From NCBI GenBank assembly GCA_013239625.1, contig MU053487.1, positions 2,563,058 through 2,627,057 of the forward strand: a stretch of 64,000 nt of DNA, in the 5' to 3' direction. The position numbers were made by a program, and so were the translations under genes. Below are positions 39,601-51,600 of the stretch, one piece after another (the stretch's first letter is position 1; each line of letters opens with the position of its first letter). Source of the DNA: Lama guanicoe (lineage: Eukaryota). The notes under the pieces were generated by a model, which searched no databases, was not told where the DNA came from, and was given only the letters and a program-made list of their open reading frames with translations.

Positions 39601-42600
39601 ATACTCAAACAGAAGTTATCAGCCAAGGAGGACAGTATTCACACTTTGCAAGAGGAATATGAAACCAAATTTAAAAATCAAGAAAAAAAGATGGAAAAAA
39701 TTAAGCAGAAAGCAAAGGAGATGCAAGAAACGTTAAAGAAGAAATTGTTGGATCAGGAAGCCAAACTTAAAAAAGAGCTTGAAAATACTGCTCTAGAGCT
39801 TAGTCAGAAAGAAAAACAGTTCAATGCCAAAATTTTGGAAATGGCACAGGCTAACTCAGCTGGAATCAGTGATGCAGTGGCAAGACTGGAGACAAACCAG
39901 AAGGAGCAAATAGAAAGTCTCACTGAGGTGCACAGGCGAGAACTCAATGATGTCGCATCAGACTGGGAAAGGAAATTTAATCGACAAGCTGAAGAACTTG
40001 AGGAAAAACATGAAATCCAACTACAGGAAAAAGAACAGGAGATAGCAGAACTGAAGCAAAAGATCCTCATATTTGGGTGTGAAAAAGAAGAGATGAACAA
40101 GGAAATGGTGTGGCTGAAGGATGAGGGTGTCAAGCAGGATGCAGTGTTAAAGGAATTACAGGAACAGTTAAACCAGAAGGCTGCTCATGTGAATTCTCTG
40201 TCGCAAGATGAAATTAAACTGAAAGCCGAACTTGAAAAGCTGGAGGTTGACTTGGCTCACTCTCTGAAGGAAAATACTTTTCTTCAAGAGCATGTTGCTG
40301 AACTGAAGATGCTGGCAGAAAAAGATAAGCTTAAGGTTTCTGAGTTGACTGAGAAGCTGAGGACCACAGACGAAGAGTTCCAGAGTTTGAAATCTTCACA
40401 TGACAGAAGTAAGAACATCCTAGAAGACAAAAGCTTGGAATTCAGAAAACTGACTGAGGAGCTGGCAGTCCAGCTGGATATTTACTCTAAGAAAACTGAA
40501 GCCTTATTACAAGCTAAAACAGATGAGCTAATCAACATTAGCAGTAGTAAAATTGATGCCATTCTGTCGAGAATTTCCCATTGTCAGCACCACACAACTA
40601 AAGTTAAGGAGGTGCTACTGAGTAAAACTCATAAAGTTTCTGAGTTAGAAGCACAACTTAGACAGCTAACAGAAGAGCAGAATGCACTAACTAGTTCTTT
40701 TCAACATGCTACACATCAGTTGGAAGAAAAAGAAAGTCAGATTAAGAGCTTGAAAGCTGATATTGAAGGTCTCGAAACAGAAAAAGAAGCCTTACAGAAG
40801 GAAGGAGGCAGTCAGCAACAGGCTGCCTCTGAGAAGGAGTCTTGTATCACACAGCTGAAGAAAGAGTTATCGGAAAACATCAATGCTGTCACTTTGATGA
40901 AAGAAGAGCTTAAAGACAAAAAGGCTGAGATCGACAGTCTTAGTAAACAGCTAACCGATTTGAACGCGCAGCTTCAGAACAGTATCAGCCTCACTGAAAA
41001 AGAAGCAGCCGTTGCATCACTAAGTAAGCGATACGATGAAGCACAACGGGGATTGCTGGATCAGGTGCAAGATTTATCTCTGAAAGTTGAAACTCTGAGT
41101 AAAGAGAAGATTTCCGCTCTTGAACAGGTAGATCACTTGTCCAACAAATTTTCGGAATGGAAGAAGAAGGCACAGTCGAGATTTACACAGTATCAAAATA
41201 CTAGTAAAGAACTGCAGACACAGCTTGAGTTAAAAACAAAGGAAGCCAGTGAAAAGGCTGAGCAGATAGCTTTATTGAAGGAAGACCTTGACAAGCAAAA
41301 CAAAAGACTTGAATGTTTAAAGGCTGAAATGGAAGATAAGAAGAGCGAGATGGAGAAAAAGGAGTGTGATTTAGAGACTGAGTTAAAAACTCAAGCGGCA
41401 AGAATTGTGGAATTAGAGGAGCATGCTGCTCAGAATACAATGGAAATTGAGTCCTTAAATGAAGTTCTTAAAAATTACAATCAACAAAAGGATATTGAAG
41501 AGAAGGAAATGACTCAGAAACTTCAGCACATACAAGAGTTAGGAGAAGAAAAGGACAACAGGGTTAAAGAGGCTGAAGAAAAAGTCTTAAGACTTGAAAA
41601 CCAAATGTCTTCCATGAAATCTGAACTTGAAGCTAAGAAGGAAGAATTGGAACATGTGAATTCAAGCGTGAAAAGCAAAGAGGAGGAGTTGAAGGCCTTG
41701 GAAGAGAGACTTGAGTTAGAAAGTGCAGCAAAATTAGCGGAACTGAAGAAAAAAGCTGAACAAAAAATTGCTGCTATCAAGAAGCAGTTGTTATCACAAA
41801 TGGAAGAGAAAGAACAGCAATATAGAAAAGACACAGAAAGCCACTTGAGTGAGCTCAATACCAAACTGCTGGAGAGAGAGAGAGAAATTCACACCCTGCA
41901 AGAAAAACTTGAGTCGATGGAAAATTCACCACAGTCAGAAACACCCGTTGTCAGCAGATCAGCCAAAGATGTGGCAGTATGCACCGAGGGAGAAGCAGCA
42001 GACTCCCGAGGCTGTGTGCAGAAAGCATGTGAAGAAAAGATCAGTGTTTTAGAAGGAAATTTAATCGAAAAAGAAAAGCTATTGCAGAGGCTAGAGCAGG
42101 AAAAAGAAGAGACAGTTTCTTCTCATTCCGAAATGCAGTGCAGATACCAGGAGCTCTTAATAAAGGTGGAACATGCTGAAGCCAAGCAACACGAGGATCA
42201 AGTTATGATAAACCATCTTCAAGAAGAACTCGAAGAAAAAACCAGGAAATATTCCCTGTTGGTATCCCAGCATGCAGAAGAAGAGGGAGGTAAAAAAGAC
42301 ACAGGGGCAAAGCAGAACTTGGAAAATGTGGTTGATGACATCCAGAAATCCCTCCAGGAGAAGGACTTGACCTGTCAGATCTTGGAGCAAAAGATAAAAG
42401 AGCTGGATTCCTGCTTATTAAGAGAGAAGGAAGGGCACAGAATTGAAATTGAAGAGTTGACCTCAAAATTTGAAAAATTACAGGCTTTACAACAACAGAT
42501 GGGTGGAAAAAGTAAACCCATAGAAGTTTTGGAAGAGAATGCTGAAGAAGCGTCCACATCACACGTGGTCCAACCCCGGTTGCTTAGTAACGTGGAGGCT

Positions 42601-45600
42601 GAGCACAATGACCTGGCATGTAAATTAGCAGGGGCCGAGCAGGAGAAGCAGAAGCTGAGCCAGGAGATTGTTAAACTGCAGAAAGATCTTCGAATGTTGC
42701 GGAAGGAGCATCAGCAAGAACTGGATATAATAAAGAAAGAACATGAACAAGAAATGGAAGAAAAAATCAAGTAAGTCTTTTTCAGTATGAATGCTTTTAA
42801 GGGAGTCCTCCTCTTTTTAAAATAAAAATTTTTAGGGGGAGGTAATTAGGTTCTTATTTATTTACTTATTATTTTAATGGAGGTACTGGGGATTGAACCC
42901 AGGACCTCGTGTATGCGAAGCAAGCACTCTACCACTGAGCTATACCCTCCCCTGCAAGGCAGTCCCCTTAGTGAAGTCCCTATTTTTTGTGCCTAATACA
43001 GTTAAATTTCAGTCACCTGAAGTATTAAACATAAATCTAATAAGTCAAATACTGAAGAGAAATAAGAACAATTTAAGGCAGAAGGCAGTGTTAGTTCATG
43101 TCCATTTAAGGGGAAATAAACCTTTTCTTGTATATGAGATCGTGGTTATTAGGTACATATCCCAGTAATTATTTTCATTTGTTATATTACTTTTAGTATT
43201 AGCATCATTATAGAATACAGATGTGTTTGGGGAAAATTTTAAGTGGTAAATAAAAATTCTCAAATCCTCAGGATCATTTCCTAAAGTTAATCATAGTTTA
43301 CTTATCCTTCCAGAAATTTTCTGTCCCTGGAGACACACACATACACACACATGCTCTCAAAAATGGTGGATACCAGTGAGATCATGCTCTATGCACTGTT
43401 GAGATTACCTGGTAACTTTTTTTTTTTTACTTTATTTTTATTGAAGTATAGTTAGTTTACAATGTTGTGTCAGTTTCTGGTGTACTGCACAATACTTCAG
43501 TCATGTAGGAACATACATATATTTGTTTTCATATTCTTTCTTTTTGGCAGGGGAGCGGGGAACCCGGTAACTCTTTACAGCTTGTTTTTTGTATGACAAC
43601 AGTTAGCTCTTTGTATTTTTGTTACTCAGACAGGAGCAGGAAGATCTTGAGCTGAAGCACAATTCCACGTTAAAACAGCTGATGAGGGAGTTTCATACAC
43701 AGTTGGCACAGAAGGAGCATGAGCTGGAAATGACCATAAAAGAAACCATTGGTAAGTCAACTTTTAAATTCAATAAAAAAGCAAATCAGACTCAGCAGAG
43801 ACGATTTATGATTTAAGCTTATTCTTTTCACACTGCGCTAAGTGCTTTGAGTAATTATAAACTGGAGGGAAAAAAATGATTCTTGCCCAAGAACATTCTC
43901 TAATGGAAACCCGTGCTGCCTGAAAGTGGCTCACCTTCCAGGGAGGAGGAGCAGGTGGGAGAATCTGAAAGCATTAGCTAATTAATCACCTAATGAAGCC
44001 ACTTCTGCTCCGGGAGAAGGGTACATTTGATCAATTGATGTTAATCACATTTAATTTGGAACAAGGGTTCTTACTGAAACTGGGGTATAGATATTAATTC
44101 TTACCTAATGTGTTTTCTTGTATGTGTCCATTTTTTATTTATTAGATAAAGCCCAGGAAGTGGAGGCTGAACTTTTGGAAAGCCATCAAGAAGAGACAAG
44201 TCAGTTATATAAAAAAATTGCAGAGAAAGAAGATGATCTAGAAAGAACAGCCAAAAGATATGAAGAAATCCTTGATGTACCTATTTTCTTTCTCTCTTGA
44301 AACCTAGCTGTAAAAGATTTCATGGTGGTGCTAAAGAAGATTGGGCTGTCAGATTTCCTGTTTTTTTAGTGTAGATGATTTGGGGGGGGGTAGCTTAATA
44401 TTCAAATTAACATTTCTCCACTGTTTGCAGATTTGTAAGGAGTCTAATTGGTTTCTGTCAGGGTGATAGTTTTCTGACCAGTTTCTGCCCACCAGGCATA
44501 CAGTCCACTTGAAGCGACAGTGAGTTAGTTAGGCGAAGAATGGATTCTCTTCTCCCTCTCCCAAATTGTGAGAGCACTAGACTAAAACTTGAGAGCTTTG
44601 CGTGAGTCAGTTAGTGTGTGTATAAGTGTGGCTAACGTACCTTAGCTGGAATCTTTTCAGGAAGGCCAGTTAACTTTGTTCCATCTCTACCCAATTTGCA
44701 CAGTTTTTGTTGATCTCAAGGGAGGTAAAAGATGGAAAAAAAGGAACACATCAGCCAAATCTTTTATATATAGTGGAAGATAAATCAGTGTACTTATTGT
44801 ACTAATGGCGGATTAGCATTGCCATTTTTGTGTATGTAGATAAGCCATGAATGCTAGTGAGTACTTAGACTCCAGAACATTTTGAATGTAAAACAATGTA
44901 AATTATTCTTTGTTGGGCTGCAGATTCTTGAGTTACTACAAGTTTTATTTCACTGTATGCCAAGAACCATTTGATGATTAGGAAAGCATAAATCAGAGCA
45001 CTGGAGAATCATGCCTCAAGTGACTGACAGCAGTAGAAGTCTGAACCAAGAACAGATTCTAATAATAATTGTTTTAAGTGTAATTGAAAAGGCTGAAATT
45101 CCAGGATGTGACACATGAAAAATTTTGAATAATTTCACATTTTCTTATACTTCCCTAGAGGATATATGTATGAAATATTTTAAAATACTGTTGTTTCTTG
45201 AATGCTTAGAGAAATGTTGGGATTGGAAGATACATTCAAGCTAGTTTAGGTTCATCTTCTGTTTTGTTTTTCTTCCCCCCAGAAGGAGAAGCGAGTTCAG
45301 CATAGTCAAGTGATTTCGCTAAAGCTGCATAAGGAGGGGTAGAGCACTGACTCTTCACTAGCTTCATGTATTTTATAAAGACTTCTCTCTAAGAAAGAGA
45401 GGAACTTGGGAAGGGCAGTAGTTATTGATCATGGACAATTAAGCCAGGGGGCTTCATTTGCAGGGGATAAACTGTGCCACAGCCGTAGCGTTCTCTTTTG
45501 TGAACTTCTCTGTTCTGGATGTGTGTGTGTGAGGGGGTAGCACATGGTAGACTTTCCAAAGTCATGACAAACCTATGTAGGTAGAGGAGTGAGTGAACAG

Positions 45601-48600
45601 TTAACCTCTGGTTTGGTTCCTTCTGGAAAATCTGCTGTTTATTAGAAAAAATTAAGGGAATGGTCCTCCAGGCTTCAGGCTTGGAGGAGTAGAGCAAGTG
45701 GGCAGGAAGTAGGGGGCGGGCCAGAGGGGTTGGGTAGACTCTCCCCCCACCTCCTGCCCCTTCCTGTGCTTTAGACCAGCACTGCCCATCAGAAATACAG
45801 TACAAGCCGCAGATGTGATTTAGAATTTTCTTAGTATCCACATTAAAAAAAGAAAAAGAAATAGATGAATTTAATTGCTTTTGGTCTTTTTTCCCCTAAG
45901 GTATTCATCTCTTCCTGTCAGAGTTATTTTCTATTCGAAACAAAGATGGGATCATATCACTTCTCCTGAAGTGGCTTCCCTCTGTCCCAGTGTCACTCCT
46001 CTAGTCCCAGTGTCACTCCTCTAGTCCCGTCTGTGCTCTGGCCGAACCCAACCTAAGCGTGTTCTTCCCTGTATTTTACCTTTGCTCCTGCTTTTCCTGG
46101 TGACTCAAGAGCACATTCTCACACTTCATGAGTTAGTGCAGCTGTTGTCATTTCTCTTTTAGCTTTTTTTTTTTTTTAGTTTTAAATTTAACTTGTATGC
46201 AGAAAAAAATTTTCAATAAAATGTATTACATGGTTTAAAGATCATAGTAATATAAAAATGTATACTTGGAGAATGGTCTGTAATGAAAATTGCACCCAAA
46301 CTGTTCTCTGTATTCTGTGTCCTGTTCCCCTTCTCCCTTCGTGGGTAACCATTAGTTTGTTATGTAATATTCCAGTATTTCCTTATCCAAACAAAAACAG
46401 AAATGAAATATATTCATATTTTTGTCTCTTTCCTACTCCAAAGTTATCTTTTTAATATACTTCTCTGTGTTGTTTTGTATTGTTTTCACTTAGTTTTTTT
46501 TGAAACCCCTTAAAATAGAATTAATTGCATCTTTCTACTTTTGGTACTCTATATTTATTACTTCACTTATAACATGTAATTTTTGTCATACGTATGTATG
46601 TGTGTAGGAATGTAGACTATTAGCATCTTGTGGGCAGAGACTTAGTCTTGAGGACCTAGTAAAATGCTTGGCACATACTAGACACTTGGTAAATTTGAAG
46701 GAGGCGACACCTGGTAGGGAAAGGGAGAATTCATTCGGGAGGAGGAGGTGGTGACATCTGAGAGGAGCTGAATACTCACAAGTCAGGGAGCCTACCTGAG
46801 TGCCTGAGTGCCACCTCAGACCAGTCTCACTGGAAGTCGCTCCTAGAACTACGTTAGATACAAAACTGCTTTCTGTTTGACATTTACTGGATTTGGGATA
46901 ATGGTCTTTAAAACATAATTTCCATGTATGTGCATAAATATTCAATTTAACTAGTTTTTCTTGTTTTTACTTCAAAACAAGTAGTAATGCATCCCCCCCA
47001 AAAACCCAGAAAACTTGTACAAAGGAAGTTATAGAACTGTTTCTTAAATTAGAAATAACACATCAAGGATTCTAATTCTTAGAGGGCATGGTATCCCCCA
47101 GCTGTCAAAGGAAATGTCAGACGTAGCTAATAGTCACCTCTGAATCTGGGCCTACCTGGATACGTAGCTGCAGAGGTGAGCCTTTCAAACAAGGCTAAAC
47201 CAAACCACGCAGGATATGTGATGGCAGAACAAAAACAGTGAACTGAGACTGCGGGCAGTAACGTATTTACAGTGCTTCCTGGTCAGTGGTGTTTTAGGGG
47301 TGGAGGTAGGTTAAAGAGAGCCTCCGTGGGCAGGCGTCGAAGGAGGCTGCTCACCAGAGACCCGTGCTTTGCTTATGTTGAGGGAAGGGGTTCGTTCTTT
47401 TTCAGTTGGTCTAAGTTTCACAACAAATGGTATTTAAAGTTAGATTTTTCCAAGTGTCTCATAGTTTATTATTTTGTGCCTTGGGGCTTTGTTTTTGAGA
47501 ATGATGTTTCTTGGTTCTGGCAGGTCAGCTTCTATTAAATCAGATACCTGTTTGTGGTGGTTTTCCTGTTTAGTCTCTTACTCAGCAGACACTTGTCCTG
47601 TCTCCGTTACTCAAATCTGATCAATATTCCAATGCAAGATTTATAAGAGCAAGGAGAGGTCTGGACTGCTTTGTATAATAAATCATGGCAATTATCAAGA
47701 CGAATTGAAAAATGTAAGGGTGGGCAACAGCCTTTTACCAGGGCAGTCAGAACAGGAGAGAGAATGATTTGTATGCCAAATTTTATAAGGAGGAGTTTTG
47801 AGCCAACACGTCACGTGTTACTTTTGCATCCTTTGCAGTCTGTTTTCTGCAACGTTCAGGGCAAATGGAGACATTGCATTAACAATACATTGGACAGTAA
47901 CTAATTTTTTTCAGAAATAGATTTTAGTTGAACACTTTACTCCGAAGAACTGCTGGTGTGCTTTGCAGGCAGATATGTAGGAGATGTGCAGGTTTGCGAA
48001 CTGGGAGAAAGAACCATCTAGATTTGTACAGCCCATCCCAAGGGGCTGGAAAAAACCCTCCACAACTTCTCGTGATCAGTAAATTGCCAGCTGGTTGAGC
48101 AGCGCTTGTGCATAAAACTAGTTTATATTATTAGATATTTTCTGGAAATCAAATCCTAATATAGGAAAGGCCAAAGTCTAAAAGCACAGATTCTATATTT
48201 TGTTCTGTCACCATGCTATTATATACCTAATTGTTGCTTAAGCCTGGGAATCCGGGTTGAAGGGGAAGGAAGTGGCTTGATGAGCTTTATGGGGTGGGAA
48301 AGGTGATCCTAGGAATAGTGAGCAGCTTTAAAAAGGGCTCGGAGTTAAAAGTGGGCCGTGAAGAAAGATGTTGAGAGCACGGTAATGAATTACAGTAACA
48401 ACAGTGATTTGTGTTTCAAAAAACGTTGAAGTCTTTGTTTCTCCTACAGAGGTAGTTTTCTCTGTATCGTGTTGCCTTTTTGATATGTTCATTAAAATTT
48501 TTTTTTTAATTCTAAAGGCTCGTGAAGAAGAAATGACTGCAAAGGTAATGGACCTTCAGACTCAACTTGAGGAGCTACAGGAGAAATACCAGCAAAGGGT

Positions 48601-51600
48601 ACAGCAGGAAGAGAACCCTGGCGATGACAAGGTGAGCGGAGCAGGATTTGGCATCACACCTTCCCTCAGAGCACTGTCATTTTCCTTACTCACCTCCTAA
48701 CACACATGCGAACCTCATTTCATCCTAACGAAAGCCTTTCAGGAGGGAGAGTCTTACCTCTCCTTTATAGACAGTGAAACTAAGATTCAGAGAGGTTAAA
48801 TAAAATGTTCAAGCTCACACAATAAATGTTGTGTGGGAAATATAAACCCAATCTGCCAAACTTCAAAGTCTAGACATTTCTGTTCATACCAGTGCTTCTC
48901 AGTCTTTCCTATGGAAAGGACAGCAGAGCACAGTTAACCTTATAGCCCTGGGGCACAGCCAAAAATGGCCCGTAGAAAGTATTGTTTTAGATTTTTATAT
49001 TTTTGCTAAAAATTCATGTAAATTTTATATTCTACTCTATATAATATATCCTTCTTTATAGTCACATAAGTATGTTTTTAGTTATACCTTTGAGAGAAAC
49101 AATGTCTGTTTTTCTCCTTGGTTAGTGGACCAGATACGGATGCAATGGCATTATTTTGGAAAATTGGACTGAATCCAGAGAGATACAGCACTGTGTATCT
49201 AGACTTTGTAATAATCCCAGTTTTAAGTAAAATTGGTGCTATGAAACATAGGCCATGTTTACTCCATGGCTCCCTGTCCTGCCGTGCACACCCACAGGGC
49301 ATGTGAGCCACAGTCCATGAAGCTGGATGGTGGACATGTTCTGCTTCTAAAATGTTCTCACTTATCCAGAATGGTCTTTTCATAGCACTGTCGTGGGGGC
49401 CTTGGGAAAGGTGGACACTGTTTATGGCTTCATCCTCCAGAGTTGTAGAGGATCCATTCTGGAAGTCAGTGACCAGGTAGCAGTTTTCTGGACAACCAGG
49501 TCCATGGATCACTTCCAGAATGGAGAGAAGAGGACTTTATAAGGGACTTTGCTATGCTGTGCCACTTGGTACATGAATCATGGTTATTAGCAACAAGCAA
49601 AGCTGAGTAGACTCACTCTCTGTTTCTTCAGTAGCTCCTGAGTTAGTTCTATGGTTCCAGTTTTTTGATTTTTTTTTTTTTCGCCTTTTGGTCACCATTG
49701 GAATATACTGGGTGCTATTAAATATTACTTCCTATGAGAAGAAGGCACATACTTTACTCGCTAATATGTTCTTTTCCTCAGTATCAAAATAAATATTATT
49801 GTTGCATACAGTGGCTTTTAGACCTGTGTCAATATGCCACAGAGTAGTCAGACATTAGGAAATGAATATTCAGAAGGTCTCTTGAGTCCTTTACCTTGTA
49901 TCATAAGGAAGGAGAGAAACTATCCTTAACTTTTGTTTCTACTCTAAAACATGCTTTTCTATTTTATTCTTTATGAATTTTTATTCTTTTCCTTCTTGAG
50001 CATCTTTTGATGCTTCTGGGATATCTTGATTTGCATATCAGTGATGAGTTCAGTGAAGAATAGTTTGTGATTATTTCTCAAAGTGGATTCCCAGAAATAG
50101 TCCTTTAGAGTTTTCCCGAAAGCGCCCATATGCTTTGAATAGATGTTAATATGTTTAATTTTTTAAAGTTACACAAATAATGCATGAATATATTGTTGTA
50201 AAAAAGTCAGATAATATAGAAGTATATAGAATAAACCCTTCCTAGTGGGGACCTCGTTTTCCCAAGTGATAATCATTGTTAGGCATTTGGTGAGTGACCT
50301 TCCAGACAGTTTTCTTTGTGTTTACCTGTTTTTGTGTATATTCACACTATAATAGTTGGTATAGGAAAGTAGACCAGGTTAAGAAGCAAATAGTTAAAGT
50401 TGTTTCATCTCTTTTCTGACCATTCTCTTAACACTGTGACACTGAATTCTTATTTCCTTGTAATGTCACATTGTTCCATTTTATTGTTTCTTATAGGTTT
50501 TATTTTATACACTAATTTTTTTTCTTTTCCATTTTTAGGTCACAATTATGGAGCTACAGGTAAGATGAATTCTGCACTGAATTTGACTGAAGGTAGTCCA
50601 TTTTCAGAAGCATTCTGTGTTTTAAGTTAAAACATAGACTTGTTTTAACATGGAAAGATTTACAAGAATAGAAATGTGTCCAGGCAGTGGTGAAACCCAT
50701 CTGCATCTCAGACCTGACTTCTTGTTCTTTCAGACACAGCTAGCACAGAAGACCACTCTAATCAGTGATGCCAAGTTGAAAGAGCAAGAGTTCAGAGAAC
50801 AGGTACACGTCTAATTGGTGCCTTTTATTTTGAACTAACTTCCTTAATTTATGTTAATATGTATTGGAACTCAGCTAATTTTTAAAAAAGAAGTGATTTA
50901 ATACTCATTTAATGTGTCTTACACAGGAAATTTTATTTCCAAATCTGAAAGTGCTAGAGGAAGACATCTTTGTAAACTTGTGATCACATATATTTAAATA
51001 AGCCCATTTGCATTCTGTTATTTCTAGTGCTTAACATTTTGGGTAACAATTTGTGTTTGTCTAGTTTTTAATTACTTATGTTCTACAGAAGAAGTTATTT
51101 TTGCTTTTATCAGAGGGAAAATACATTGACTTCAATCTTTACTACTTTTTCCAAGTGGTTAAATTGCCTTGATTTAATATTATTTGTCCATATACTACCC
51201 AGTGATTCAATTTCAGTAGGATCGCATGCGTACACCTAGAAGGATGCACAAGCATGGAAACACCAGTATGTGTCTTGGTGGTACATGATACTCAGTTCTT
51301 CCAAACTCTGGAGGAATAGTGACTCAGGTCAGCAGCCTAAGTTTGAAGGCTAAATCTCCAGGAATTTTCCAATTTTCTTAAAATTCATATATATATAAAG
51401 ACCTTGATAATTGTTGAAACTAGGTGAAGGATGGATATTTGAGCATTAATTGTACTATATTTTGTATTTTGAAACTTTTTATAATATTTTTTAAAAATTC
51501 ATAAAGATAGATACTAAGTCCCATTGTTACTTAACTTTTTTCTATTTCCTCCTAACTGGGATCAGAGTCACTCTAGAAGGCTGTTTCCACTGGGTGCTCT

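Noticed and set aside
39804..42608. Minus-strand and alternative-frame ORFs within the giant exon
   Set aside because: S/F/L-rich shadows of E/K/Q codons with no independent evidence.
38551..42774. 1407-aa ORF as a stand-alone gene
   Set aside because: It starts at TTG. It is the giant internal GOLGA4 exon (38527-42770), and its stop lies in the donor gtaa.
42878..42953. tRNA-Ala gene (also at about 11345, 16905, 24100 and 32776)
   Set aside because: Diverged arms, shared A-rich tails and TSDs identify these as SINE heads, not tRNA genes.
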